This document shows positions 1-13,300 of a stretch of 64,000 nucleotides of DNA, one piece after another. The notes under the pieces were generated by a model, which had not been told where the DNA came from, did no database searches, and saw nothing but the letters and a program-made list of their open reading frames with translations. Each line of letters starts with the position of its first letter. Position 1 is the first letter of the stretch. The DNA is from the human T2T-CHM13v2.0 reference genome, Homo sapiens, in assembly GCF_009914755.1 (NCBI RefSeq), contig NC_060925.1, one strand, 5' to 3'. Both the position numbers and the translations under genes were made by a program.

Positions 1-595
1 AAAGGAACCTTCAACTCCGTGAGTTGAATGCAATCATCACAAAGAAGTTTCTGACAATGCTTCTCTCTAGTTTTTAGCTGAAGATATTTCCTTTTCCACC
101 ACAGGCCTGAAAGCGCTCCAAATGTCCACACGGAGATTCTACGAAAAGAATGTTTCAAAAGTGCTCTATGAAAAGCAAGGTTAAACTCTGGGAGTTGAAC
201 ACATGCCTCACAAAGAAGTTTCTGAGAAGGCATCTCTTTACTCTTTATGTGAAGATATTCCCGTTTGCAAAGAAATCTTCACAGAGTTCCACCTATCCAT
301 GTGCAGGTTCTAGAAAAAAGAGAGTTTCGAAACTGCTCTATCCAAAGGAATGTTCAACTCTGTGAGTTGAATGCAATCATCACAGAGAAGTTTCTGAGAA
401 GGCTTCTGTCTGGATTTTATGTGAAGATATAACCGTTTCGAACGAGGACCACAAAGTGCTCCAAATATCCACTTGCAGATCCTACAAAAAGAGTGTTTCA
501 AACGTGAACTATCAAAGGAAAGTTCAACTCTGGACTTTGAATGCAAACGTCACAAAGAAGATTTGCGAAAGCTTCTGTTCATTTAGGTGAAGTTA

Positions 596-612
596 TCCCG
601 TTTCCAACGAAA
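596..612 (-). promoter_or_regulatory. CENP-B box, first HOR position (representative copy)
   Basis: + strand TCCCGTTTCCAACGAAA is the reverse complement of YTTCGTTGGAARCGGGA. It recurs every ~1530 bp (2126, 3656, 5185 ... 32721). The core is intact in 20 of 23 copies by my reading and broken at ~29661, ~31191 and ~34251. Confidence 0.95.
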
Positions 613-932
613 TCCTCAGGGAGTTTCAAATATCCACTTGCAGATTTTACAAAAAGTGTGTTTCAAAACTGCTCCATCCAAAGGAATGTTCAGCTCTGTG
701 AGTTCAACTAAATCATCACAAAGTATTTTCTGAGAATGCTTCTGTCCAGTTTTTACACGAAGCTATATCCTTTACTAGCTTAGGCCTCAAAGCGTTCCAA
801 ATCTCCACTTGCAGATACTACGAAAAGAGTGTTTCACCCTGAACTCACAAGAGAAGTTTCAACTCTGTGAGTTGAATGCCAACATCACGAAGAAGTTTCT
901 GAGAATGCTTCTGTTTAGTTATGTGAGGTTTA

Positions 933-949
933 TCCCGTTTCCAACGAAA
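933..949 (-). promoter_or_regulatory. CENP-B box, second HOR position (representative copy)
   Basis: Same 17-mer, 337 bp after the first box in each unit. The core is intact in 12 of 23 copies by my reading. Confidence 0.95.
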
Positions 950-3900
950 TCCTCAGAGAAGTCCAAATACCCACTTGCAGATTCCACAAAAAGTGTGTTT
1001 CCAAACTGCTCCATCCAAAGCAATGTTCAGCTCTGTGGGTTGAACTCAATCGTCACAAAGTGTTTCCTGAGAATGCTACTGTCTACTTTTTATGGGCAGT
1101 GATTTCCTCTACTGCTATAGGCCTCAAAGCGGTCCAAATCTCCGCTTGCAGATTCTACCAAGAATGTGTTTCCAAACGGCTCTATCAAAGGGAATGTTCA
1201 ACTCTGTGACTTGAAAGCAACCATCACAAAGTAGTTTCTGTGAATGCTTCCATCTACCTTTTAAGAGTAGATATTTCCTTTTCCACCACAGGCCTCGAAG
1301 CCCTCCAAATGTCCACTTACAGATTCTAGAAAGAGAGGGTTTCAAAGCTGCTCTATCGAAAGGAAAGTATAACTCTGTGAGTTGAATGCCATAATCACAA
1401 AGAAGTCTCTGAGCATGCTTCCGTTTAGCTTTTATGGGAAGATTATCCCTTTTCCATCAAAATCTTCAAAGAGGTCCAAATATCCGCTTGCAGATCCCAC
1501 TGAAAGAGTGTTTCCAAACTGCTGTATCAAAAGGAACCTTCAACTCCGTGAGTTGAATGCAATCATCACAAAGAAGTTTCTGACAATGCTTCTCTCTAGT
1601 TTTTAGCTGAAGATATTTCCTTTTCCACCACAGGCCTGAAAGCGCTCCAAATGTCCACTTGGAGACTCTACGAAAAGAATGTTTCAAAAGTGCTCTATGA
1701 AAAGCAAGGTTAAACTCTGGGAGTTGAACACATGCCTCACAAAGAAGTTTCTGAGAAGGCATCTCTTTACTCTTTATGTGAAGATATTCCCTTTTGCAAA
1801 GAAATCTTCACAGAGTTCCACCTATCCATGTGCAGGTTCTAGAAAAAAGAGAGTTTCGAAACTGCTCTATCCAAAGGAATGTTCAACTCTGTGAGTTGAA
1901 TGCAATCATCACAGAGAAGTTTCTGAGAAGGCTTCTGTCTGGATTTTATGTGAAGATATACCCGTTTCGAACGAGGGCCACAAAGTGCTCCAAATATCCA
2001 CTTGCAGATCCTACAAAAAGAGTGTTTCAAACGTGAACTATCAAAGGAAGGTTCAACTCTGGACTTTGAATGCAAACGTCACAAAGAAGTTTCTGCGAAA
2101 GCTTCTGTTCAGTTAGGTGACGTTATCCCGTTTTCAACGAAATCCTCAGGGAGTTCCAAATATCCACTTGCAGATTCTACAAAAAGTGTGTTTCAAAACT
2201 GCTCCATCCAAAGGAATGTTCAGCTCTGTGAGTTCAACTAAATCATCACAAAGTATTTTCTGAGAATGCTTCTGTCCAGTTTTTACACGAAGCTATATCC
2301 TTTACTACCTTAGGCCTCAAAGCGTTCCAAATCTCCACTTGCAGATACTACGAAAAGAGTGTTTCACCCTGAACTCACAAGGGAAGTTTCAACTCTGGGA
2401 GTTGAATGCCAACATCACGAAGAAGTTTCTGAGAATGCTTCTGTTTAGTTATGTGAGGTTTATCCCGTTTCCAACGAAATCCTCAGAGAAGTCCAAATAC
2501 CCACTTGCAGATTCCACAAAAAGTGTGTTTCCAAACTGCTCCATCCAAAGCAATGTTCAGCTCTGTGGGTTGAACTCAATCGTCACAAAGTGTTTCCTGA
2601 GAATGCTACGGTCTAGTTTTTATGGGCAGTGATTTCCTCTACTGCCATAGGCCTCAAAGCGGTCCAAATCTCCCCTTGCAGATTCTACCAAAAGTGTGTT
2701 TCCAAACGGCTCTATCAAACGGAATGTTCAACTCTGTGAGTTGAAAGCAACCATAACAAAGTAGTTTCTGAGAATGCTTCCATCTACCTTTTATGAGTAG
2801 ATATTTCCTTTTCCACCACAGGCCTCGAAGCCCTCCAAATGTCCACTTACAGATTCTAGAAAGAGAGGGTTTCAAAGCTGCTCTATGGAAAGGAAAGCAT
2901 AACTCTGTGAGTTGAATGCAAACATCACAAAGAAGTCTCTGAGCATGCTTCCGTTTAGCTTTTATGGGAAGATTATCCCTTTTCCATCGAAATCTTCAAA
3001 GAGGTCCAAATATCCGCTTGCAGATCCCACTGAAAGAGTGTTTCCAAACTGCTGTATCAAAAGGCACCTTCAACTCCGTGAGTTGAATGCAATCATCACA
3101 AAGAAGTTTCTGACAATGCTTCTCTCTAGTTTTTAGCTGAAGATATTTCCTTTTCCACCACAGGCCTGAAAGCACTCCAAATGTCCACTTGGAGACTCTA
3201 CGAAAAGAATGTTTCAAAAGTGCTCTATGAAAAGCAAGGTTAAACTCTGGGTGTTGAACACATGCCTCACAAAGAAGTTTCTGAGAAGGCATCTCTTTAC
3301 TCTTTATGTGAAGATATTCCCGTTTGCAAAGAAATCTTCACAGAGTTCCACCTATCCATGTGCAGGTTCTAGAAAAAAGAGAGTTTCGAAACTGCTCTAT
3401 CCAAAGGAATGTTCAACTCTGTGAGTTGAATGCAATCATCACAGAGAAGTTTCTGAGAAGGCTTCTGTCTGGATTTTATGTGAAGATATACCCGTTTCGA
3501 ACGAGGGCCACAAAGTGCTCCAAATATCCACTTGCAGATCCTACAAAAAGAGTGTTTCAAACGTGAAGTATCAAAGGAAGTTTCAACTCTGGACTTTGAA
3601 TGCAAACGTCACAAAGAAGTTTCTGCGAAAGCTTCTGTTCAGTTAGGTGTCGTTATCCCGTTTCCAACGAAATCCTCAGGGAGTTCCAAATATCCACTTG
3701 CAGATTCTACAAAAAGTGTGTTTCAAAACTGCTCCATCCAAAGGAATGTGCAGCTCTGTGAGTTCAACTAAATCATCACAAAGTATTTTCTGAGAATGCT
3801 TCTGTCCAGTTTTTACACGAAGCTATATCCTTTACTACCTTAGGCCTCAAAGCGTTCCAAATCTCCACTTGCAGATACTACGAAAAGAGTGTTTCACCCT

Positions 3901-6900
3901 GAACTCACAAGGGAAGTTTCAAATCTGGGAGTTGAATGCCAACATCACGAAGAAGTTTCTGAGAATGCTTCTGTTTAGTTATGTGAGGTTTATCCCGTTT
4001 CCAATGAAATCCTCAGAGAAGTCCAAATATCCACTTGCAGATTCCACAAAAAGTGTGTTTCCAAACTGCTCCATCCAAAGCAATGTTCAGCTCTGTGGGT
4101 TGAACTCAATCGTCACAAAGTGTTTCCTGAGAATGCTACGGTCTAGTTTTTATGGGCAGTGATTTCCTCTACTGCCATAGGCCTCAAAGCGGTCCAAATC
4201 TCCCCTTGCAGATTCTACCAAAAGTGTGTTTCCAAACGGCTCTATCAAACGGAATGTTCAACTCTGTGAGTTGAAAGCAACCATCACAAAGTAGTTTCTG
4301 AGAATGCTTCCATCTACCTTTTATGAGTAGATATTTCCTTTTCCACCACAGGCCTCGAAGCCCTCCAAATGTCCACTTACAGATTCTAGAAAGAGAGGGT
4401 TTAAAGCTGCTCTATGGAAATGAAAGTATAACTCTGTGAGTTGAATGCAAACATCACAAAGAAGTCTCTGAGCATGCTTCCGTTTAGCTTTTATGGGAAG
4501 ATTATCCCTTTTCCATCGAAATCTTCAAAGAAGTCCAAATATCCGCCTGCAGATCCCACTGAAATAGTGTTTCCAAACTGCTGTATCAAAAGGAACCTTC
4601 AACTTCGTGAGTTGAATGCAATCATCACAAAGAAGTTTCTGACAATGCTTCTCTCTAGTTTTTAGCTGAAGATATTTCCTTTTCCACCACAGGCCTGAAA
4701 GCGCTCCAAATGTCCACTTGGAGACTCTACGAAAAGAATGTTTCAAAACTGCTCTATGAAAAGCAAGGTTAAACTCTGGGTGTTGAACACATGCCTCACA
4801 AAGAAGTTTCTGAGAAAGCATCTCTTTACTCTTTACGTGAAGATATTCCCGTTTGCAAAGAAATCTTCACAGAGTTCCACCTATCCATGTGCAGGTTCTA
4901 GAAAAAAGAGAGTTTCGAAACTGCTCTATCCAAAGGAATGTTCAACTCTGTGAGTTGAATGCAATCATCACAGAGAAGTTTCTGAGAAGGCTTCTGTCTG
5001 GATTTTATGTGAAGATATACCCGTTTCGAACGAGGGCCACAAAGTGCTCCAAATATCCACTTGCAGATCCTACAAAAAGAGTGTTTCAAACGTGAACTAT
5101 CAAAGGAAGGTTCAACTCTGGACTTTGAATGCAAACGTCACAAAGAAGTTTCTGCGAAAGCTTCTGTTCAGTTAGGTGACGTTATCCCGTTTCCAACGAA
5201 ATCCTCAGGGAGTTCCAAATATCCACTTGCAGATTCTACAAAAAGTGTGTTTCAAAACTGCTCCATCCAAAGGAATGTTCAGCTCTGTGAGTTCAACTAA
5301 ACCATCACAAAGTATTCTCTGAGAATGCTTCTGTCCAGTTTTCACACGAAGCTATATCCTTTACTACCTTAGGCCTCAAAGCGTTCCAAATCTCCACTTG
5401 CAGATACTACGAAAAGAGTGTTTCACCCTGAACTCACAAGGGAAGGTTCAACTCTGGGAGTTGAATGCCAACATCACGAAGAAGTTTCTGAGAATGCTTA
5501 TGTTTAGTTATGTGAGGTTTATCCCGTTTCCAACGAAATCCTCAGAGAAGTCCAAATACCCACTTGCAGATTCCACAAAAAGTGTGTTTCCAAACTGCTC
5601 CATCCAAAGCAATGTTCAGCTCTGTGGGTTGAACTCAATCGTCACAAAGTGTTTCCTGAGAATGCTACGGTCTAGTTTTTATGGGCAGTGATTTCCTCTA
5701 CTGCCATAGGCCTCAAAGCGGTCCAAATCTCCCCTTGCAGATTCTACCAAAAGTGTGTTTCCAAACGGCTCTATCAAACGGAATGTTCAACTCTTTGAGT
5801 TGAAAGCAACCATCACAAAATAGTTTCTGAGAATGCTTCCATCTACCTTTTATGAGTAGATATTTCCTTTTCCACCACAGGCCTCGAAGCCCTCCAAATG
5901 TCCACTTACAGATTCTAGAAAGAGAGGGTTTCAAAGCTGCTCTATCGAAAGGAATGTATAACTCTGTGAGTTGAATGGAAACATCACAAAGAAGTCTCTG
6001 AGCATGCTTCCGTTTAGCTTTTATGGGAAGATTATCCCTTTTCCATCGAAATCTTCAAAGAGGTCCAAATATCCGCTTGCAGATCCCACTGAAAGAGTGT
6101 TTCCAAACTGCTGTATCAAAAGGAACCTTCAACTCCGTGAGTTGAATGCAATCATCACAAAGAAGTTTCTGACAATGCTTCTCTCTAGTTTTTAGCTGAA
6201 AATATTTCCTTTTCCACCACAGGCCTGAAAGCGCTCCAAATGTCCACTTGGAGACTCTACGAAAAGAATGTTTCAAAAGTGCTCTATGAAAAGCAAGGTT
6301 AAACTCTGGGAGTTGAACACATGCCTCACAAAGAAGTTTCTGAGAAGGCATCTCTTTACTCTTTATGTGAAGATATTCCCTTTTGCAAAGAAATCTTCAC
6401 AGAGTTCCACCTATCCATGTGCAGGTTCTAGAAAAAAGAGAGTTTCGAAACTGCTCTATCCAAAGGAATGTTCAACTCTGTGAGTTGAATGCAATCATCA
6501 CAGAGAAGTTTCTGAGAAGGCTTCTGTCTGGATTTTATGTGAAGATATACCCGTTTCGAACGAGGGCCACAAAGTGCTCCAAATATCCACTTGCAGATCC
6601 TACAAAAAGAGTGTTTCAAACGTGAACTATCAAAGGAAGGTTCAACTCTGGACTTTGAATGCAAACGTCACAAAGAAGTTTCTGCGAAAGCTTCTGTTCA
6701 GTTAGGTGACGTTATCCCGTTTCCAACGAAATCCTCAGGGAGTTCCAAATATCCACTTGCAGATTCTACAAAAAGTGTGTTTCAAAACTGCTCCATCCAA
6801 AGGAATGTTCAGCTCTGTGAGTTCAACTAAACCATCACAAAGTATTCTCTGAGAATGCTTCTGTCCAGTTTTCACACGAAGCTATATCCTTTACTACCTT

Positions 6901-7399
6901 AGGCCTCAAAGCGTTCCAAATCTCCACTAGCAGATACTACGAAAAGAGTGTTTCACCCTGAACTCACAAGGGAAAGTTCAACTCTGGGAGTTGAATGCCA
7001 ACATCACGAAGAAGTTTCTGAGAATGCTTCTGTTTAGTTATGTGAGGTTTATCCCGTTTCCAACGAAATCCTCAGAGAAGTCCAAATACCCACTTGCAGA
7101 TTCCACAAAAAGTGTGTTTCCAAACTGCTCCATCCAAAGCAATGTTCAGCTCTGTGGGTTGAACTCAATCGTCACAAAGTGTTTCCTGAGAATGCTACGG
7201 TCTAGTTTTTATGGGCAGTGATTTCCTCTACTGCCATAGGCCTCAAAGCGGTCCAAATCTCCCCTTGCAGATTCTACCAACAGTGTGTTTCCAAACGGCT
7301 CTATCAAACGGAATGTTCAACTCTTTGAGTTGAAAGCAACCATCACAAAGTAGTTTCTGAGAATGCTTCCATCTACCTTTTATGAGTAGATATTTCCTT

Positions 7400-10300
7400 T
7401 TCCACCACAGGCCTCGAAGCCCTCCAAATGTCCACTTACAGATTCTAGAAAGAGAGGGTTTCAAAGCTGCTCTATCGAAAGGAATGTATAACTCTGTGAG
7501 TTGAATGCAAACATCACAAAGAAGTCTCTGAGCATGCTTCCGTTTAGCTTTTATGGGAAGATTATCCCTTTTCCATCGAAATCTTCAAAGAGGTCCAAAT
7601 ATCCGCTTGCAGATCCCACTGAAAGAGTGTTTCCAAACTGCTGTATCAAAAGGAACCTTCAACTCCGCGAGTTGAATGTAATCATCACAACGAAGTTTCT
7701 GACAATGCTTCTCTCTAGTTTTTAGCTGAAGATATTTCCTTTTCCACCACAGGCCTGAAAGCGCTCCAAATGTCCACACGGAGACTCTACGAAAAGAATG
7801 TTTCAAAAGTGCTCTATGAAAAGCTAGGTTAAACTCTGGGAGTTGAACACATGCCTCACAAAGAAGTTTCTGAGAAGGCATCTCTTTACTCTTTATGTGA
7901 AGATATTCCCATTTGCAAAGAAATCTTCACAGAGTTCCACCTATCCATGTGCAGGTTCTAGAAAAAAGAGAGTTTCGAAACTGCTCTATCCAAAGGAATG
8001 TTCAACTCTGTGAGTTGAATGCAATCATCACAGAGAAGTTTCTGAGAAGGCTTCTGTCTGGATTTTATGTGAAGATATACCCGTTTCGAACGAGGGCCAC
8101 AAAGTGCTCCAAATATCCACTTGCAGATCCTACAAAAAGAGTGTTTCAAACGTGAAGTATCAAAGGAAGGTTCAACTCTGGACTTTGAATGCAAACGTCA
8201 CAAAGAAGTTTCTGCGAAAGCTTCTGTTCAGTTAGGTGACGTTATCCCGTTTCCAACGAAATCCTCAGGGAGTTCCAAATATCCACTTGCAGATTCTACA
8301 AAAAGTGTGTTTCAAAACTGCTCCATCCAAAGGAATGTTCAGCTCTGTGAGTTCAACTAAACCATCACAAAGTATTCTCTGAAAATGCTTCTGTCCAGTT
8401 TTCACACGAAGCTATATCCTTTACTACCTTACGCCTCAAAGCGTTCCAAATCTCCACTTGCAGATACTACGAAAAGAGTGTTTCACCCTGAACTCACAAG
8501 GGAAGGTTCAACTCTGGGAGGTGAATGCCAACATCACGAAGAAGTTTCTGAGAATGCTTCTGTTTAGTTATGTGAGGTTTATCCCGTTTCCAAAGAAATC
8601 CTCAGAGAAGTCCAAATACCCACTTGCAGATTCCCCAAAAGTGTGTTTCCAAACTGCTCCATCCAAAGCAATGTTCAGCTCTGTGGTTTGAACTCAATCG
8701 TCACAAAGTGTTTCCTGAGAATGCTACGGTCTAGTTTTTATGGACAGTGATTTCCTCTACTGCCATAGGCCTCAAAGCGGTCCAAATCTCCCCTTGCAAA
8801 TTCTACCAAAAGTGTGTTTCCAAACGGCTCTATCAAACGGAATGTTCAACTCTTTGAGTTGAAAGCAACCATCACAAAGTAGTTTCTGAGAATGCTTCCA
8901 TCTACCTTTTATGAGTAGATATTTCCTTTTCCACCACAGGCCTCGAAGCCCTCCAAATGTCCACTTACAGATTCTAGAAAGAGAGGGTTTCAAAGCTGCT
9001 CTATCGAAAGGAAAGTATAACTCTGTGAGTTGAATGCAAACATCACAAAGAAGTCTCTGAGCATGCTTCCGTTTAGCTTTTATGGGAAGATTATCCCTTT
9101 TCCATCGAAATCTTCAAAGAGGTCCAAATATCCGCTTGCAGATCCCACTGAAAGAGTGTTTCCAAACTGCTGTATCAAAAGGAACCTTCAACTCCGTGAG
9201 TTGAATGCAATCATCACAAAGAAGTTTCTGACAATGCTTCTCTCTAGTTTTTAGCTGAAGATATTTCCTTTTCCACCACAGGCCTGAAAGCGCTCCAAAT
9301 GTCCACTTGGAGACTCTACGAAAAGAATGTTTCAAAAGTGCTCTATGAAAAGCAAGGTTAAACTCTGGGAGTTGAACACATGCCTCACAAAGAAGTTTCT
9401 GAGAAGGCATCTCTTTACTCTTTATGTGAAGATATTCCCGTTTGCAAAGAAATCTTCACAGAGTTCCACCTATCCATGTGCAGGTTCTAGAAAAAAGAGA
9501 GTTTCGAAACTGCTCTATCCAAAGGAATGTTCAACTCTGTGAGTTGAATGCAATCATCACAGAGAAGTTTCTGAGAAGGCTTCTGTCTGGATTTTATGTG
9601 AAGATATACCCGTTTCGAACGAGGGCCACAAAGTGCTCCAAATATCCACTTGCAGATCCTACAAAAAGAGTGTTTCAAACGTGAACTATCAAAGGAAGGT
9701 TCAACTCTGGACTTTGAATGCAAACGTCACAAAGAAGTTTCTGCGAAAGCTTCTGTTCAGTTAGGTGACGTTATCCCGTTTCCAACGAAATCCTCAGGGA
9801 GTTCCAAATATCCACTTGCAGATTCTACAAAAAGTGTGTTTCAAAACTGCTCCATCCAAAGGAATGTTCAGCTCGGTGAGTTCAACTAAATCATCACAAA
9901 GTATTCTCTGAGAATGCTTCTGTCCAGTTTTTACACGAAGCTATATCCTTTACTACCTTAGGCCTCAAAGCGTTCCAAATCTCCACTTGCAGATACTACG
10001 AAAAGAGTGTTTCACCCTGAACTCACAAGGGAAGTTTCAAATCTGGGAGTTGAATGCCAACATCACGAAGAAGTTTCTGAGAATGCTTCCGTTTAGTTAT
10101 GTGAGGTTTATCCCGTTTCCAATGAAATCCTCAGAGAAGTCCATATACCCACTTGCAGATTCCACAAAAAGTGTGTTTCCAAACTGCTCCATCCAAAGCA
10201 ATGTTCAGCTCTGTGGGTTGAACTCAATCGTCACAAAGTGTTTCCTGAGAATGCTACGGTCTAGTTTTTATGGGCAGTGATTTCCTCTACTGCCATAGGC

Positions 10301-13300
10301 CTCAAAGCGGTCCAAATCTCCCCTTGCAGATTCTACCAACAGTGTGTTTCCAAACGGCTCTATCAAAGGGAATGTTCAACTCTGTGAGTTGAAAGCAACC
10401 ATCACAAAGTAGTTTCTGAGAATGCTTCCATCTACCTTTTATGAGTAGATATTTCCTTTTCCACCACAGGCCTCGAAGCCCTCCAAATGTCCACTTACAG
10501 ATTCTAGAAAGAGAGGGTTTCAAAGCTGCTCTATCGAAAGGAATGTATAACTCTGTGAGTTGAATGCAAACATCACAAAGAAGTCTCTGAGCATGCTTCC
10601 GTTTAGCTTTTATGGGAAGATTATCCCTTTTCCATCGAAATCTTCAAAGAGGTCCAAATATCCGCTTGCAGATCCCACTGAAAGAGTGTTTCCAAACTGC
10701 TGTATCAAAAGGAACCTTCAACTCCGCGAGTTGAATGCAATCATCACAACGAAGTTTCTGACAATGCTTCTCTCTAGTTTTTAGCTGAAGATATTTCCTT
10801 TTCCACCACAGGCCTGAAAGCGCTCCAAATGTCCACACGGAGACTCTACGAAAAGAATGTTTCAAAAGTGCTCTATGAAAAGCTAGGTTAAACTCTGGGA
10901 GTTGAACACATGCCTCACAAAGAAGTTTCTGAGAAGGCATCTCTTTACTCTTTATGTGAAGATATTCCCGTTTGCAAAGAAATCTTCACAGAGTTCCACC
11001 TATCCATGTTCAGGTTCTAGAAAAAAGAGAGTTTCGAAACTGCTCTATCCAAAGGAATGTTCAACTCTGTGAGTTGAATGCAATCATCACAGAGAAGTTT
11101 CTGAGAAGGCTTCTGTCTGGATTTTATGTGAAGATATACCCGTTTCGAACGAGGGCCACAAAGTGCTCCAAATATCCACTTGCAGATCCTACAAAAAGAG
11201 TGTTTCAAACGTGAAGTATCAAAGGAAGGTTCAACTCTGGACTTTGAATGCAAACGTCACAAAGAAGTTTCTGCGAAAGCTTCTGTTCAGTTAGGTGACG
11301 TTATCCCGTTTCCAACGAAATCCTCAGGGAGTTCCAAATATCCACTTGCAGATTCTACAAAAAGTGTGTTTCAAAACTGCTCCATCCAAAGGAATGTTCA
11401 GCTCTGTGAGTTCAACTAAACCATCACAAAGTATTCTCTGAAAATGCTTCTGTCCAGTTTTCACACGAAGCTATATCCTTTACTACCTTACGCCTCAAAG
11501 CGTTCCAAATCTCCACTTGCAGATACTACGAAAAGAGTGTTTCACCCTGAACTCACAAGGGAAGGTTCAACTCTGGGAGGTGAATGCCAACATCACGAAG
11601 AAGTTTCTGAGAATGCTTCTGTTTAGTTATGTGAGGTTTATCCCGTTTCCAAAGAAATCCTCAGAGAAGTCCAAATACCCACTTGCAGATTCCCCAAAAG
11701 TGTGTTTCCAAACTGCTCCATCCAAAGCAATGTTCAGCTCTGTGGGTTGAACTCAATCGTCACAAAGTGTTTCCTGAGAATGCTACGGTCTAGTTTTTAT
11801 GGGCAGTGATTTCCTCTACTGCCATAGGCCTCAAAGCGGTCCAAATCTCCCCTTGCAGATTCTACCAAAAGTGTGTTTCCAAACGGCTCTATCAAACGGA
11901 ATGTTCAACTCTTTGAGTTGAAAGCAACCATCACAAAGTAGTTTCTGAGAATGCTTCCATCTACCTTTTATGAGTAGATATTTCCTTTTCCACCACAGGC
12001 CTCGAAGCCCTCCAAATGTCCACTTACAGATTCTAGAAAGAGAGGGTTTCAAAGCTGCTCTATCGAAAGGAAAGTATAACTCTGTGAGTTGAATGCAAAC
12101 ATCACAAAGAAGTCTCTGAGCATGCTTCCGTTTAGCTTTTATGGGAAGATTATCCCTTTTCCATCGAAATCTTCAAAGAGGTCCAAATATCCGCTTGCAG
12201 TTCCCACCGAAAGAGTGTTTCCAAACTGCTGTATCAAAAGGAACCTTCAACTCCGTGAGTTGAATGCAATCATCACAAAGAAGTTTCTGACAATGCTTCT
12301 CTCTAGTTTTTAGCTGAAGATATTTCCTTTTCCACCACAGGCCTGAAAGCGCTCCAAATGTCCACTTGGAGACTCTACGAAAAGAATGTTTCAAAAGTGC
12401 TCTATGAAAAGCAAGGTTAAACTCTGGGAGTTGAACACATGCCTCACAAAGAAGTTTCTGAGAAGGCATCTCTTTACTCTTTATGTGAAGATATTCCCGT
12501 TTGCAAAGAAATCTTCACAGAGTTCCACCTATCCATGTGCAGGTTCTAGAAAAAAGAGAGTTTCGAAACTGCTCTATCCAAAGTAATGTTCAACTCTGTG
12601 AGTTGAATGCAATCATCACAGAGAAGTTTCTGAGAAGGCTTCTGTCTGGATTTTATGTGAAGATATACCCGTTTCGAACGAGGGCCACAAAGTGCTCCAA
12701 ATATCCACTTGCAGATCCTACAAAAAGAGTGTTTCAAACGTGAACTATCAAAGGAAGGTTCAACTCTGGAGTTTGAATGCAAACGTCACAAAGAAGTTTC
12801 TGCGAAAGCTTCTGTTCAGTTAGGTGACGTTATCCCGTTTCCAACGAAATCCTCAGGGAGTTCCAAATATCCACTTGCAGATTCTACAAAAAGTGTGTTT
12901 CAAAACTGCTCCATCCAAAGGAATGTTCAGCTCGGTGAGTTCAACTAAATCATCACAAAGTATTCTCTGAGAATGCTTCTGTCCAGTTTTTACACGAAGC
13001 TATATCCTTTACTACCTTAGGCCTCAAAGCGTTCCAAATCTCCACTTGCAGATACTACGAAAAGAGTGTTTCACCCTGAACTCACAAGGGAAGTTTCAAA
13101 TCTGGGAGTTGAATGCCAACATCACGAAGAAGTTTCTGAGAATGCTTCCGTTTAGTTATGTGAGGTTTATCCCGTTTCCAATGAAATCCTCAGAGAAGTC
13201 CATATACCCACTTGCAGATTCCACAAAAAGTGTGTTTCCAAACTGCTCCATCCAAAGCAATGTTCAGCTCTGTGGGTTGAACTCAATCGTCACAAAGTGT

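Noticed and set aside
1787-1978. Additional CENP-B boxes in the other B-type monomers (TCCCGTTTGCAAAGAAA, ACCCGTTTCGAACGAGG, TCCCTTTTCCATCGAAA)
   Set aside because: Each breaks the TTCG or CGGG core as a fixed feature of the HOR, so none was counted as functional.
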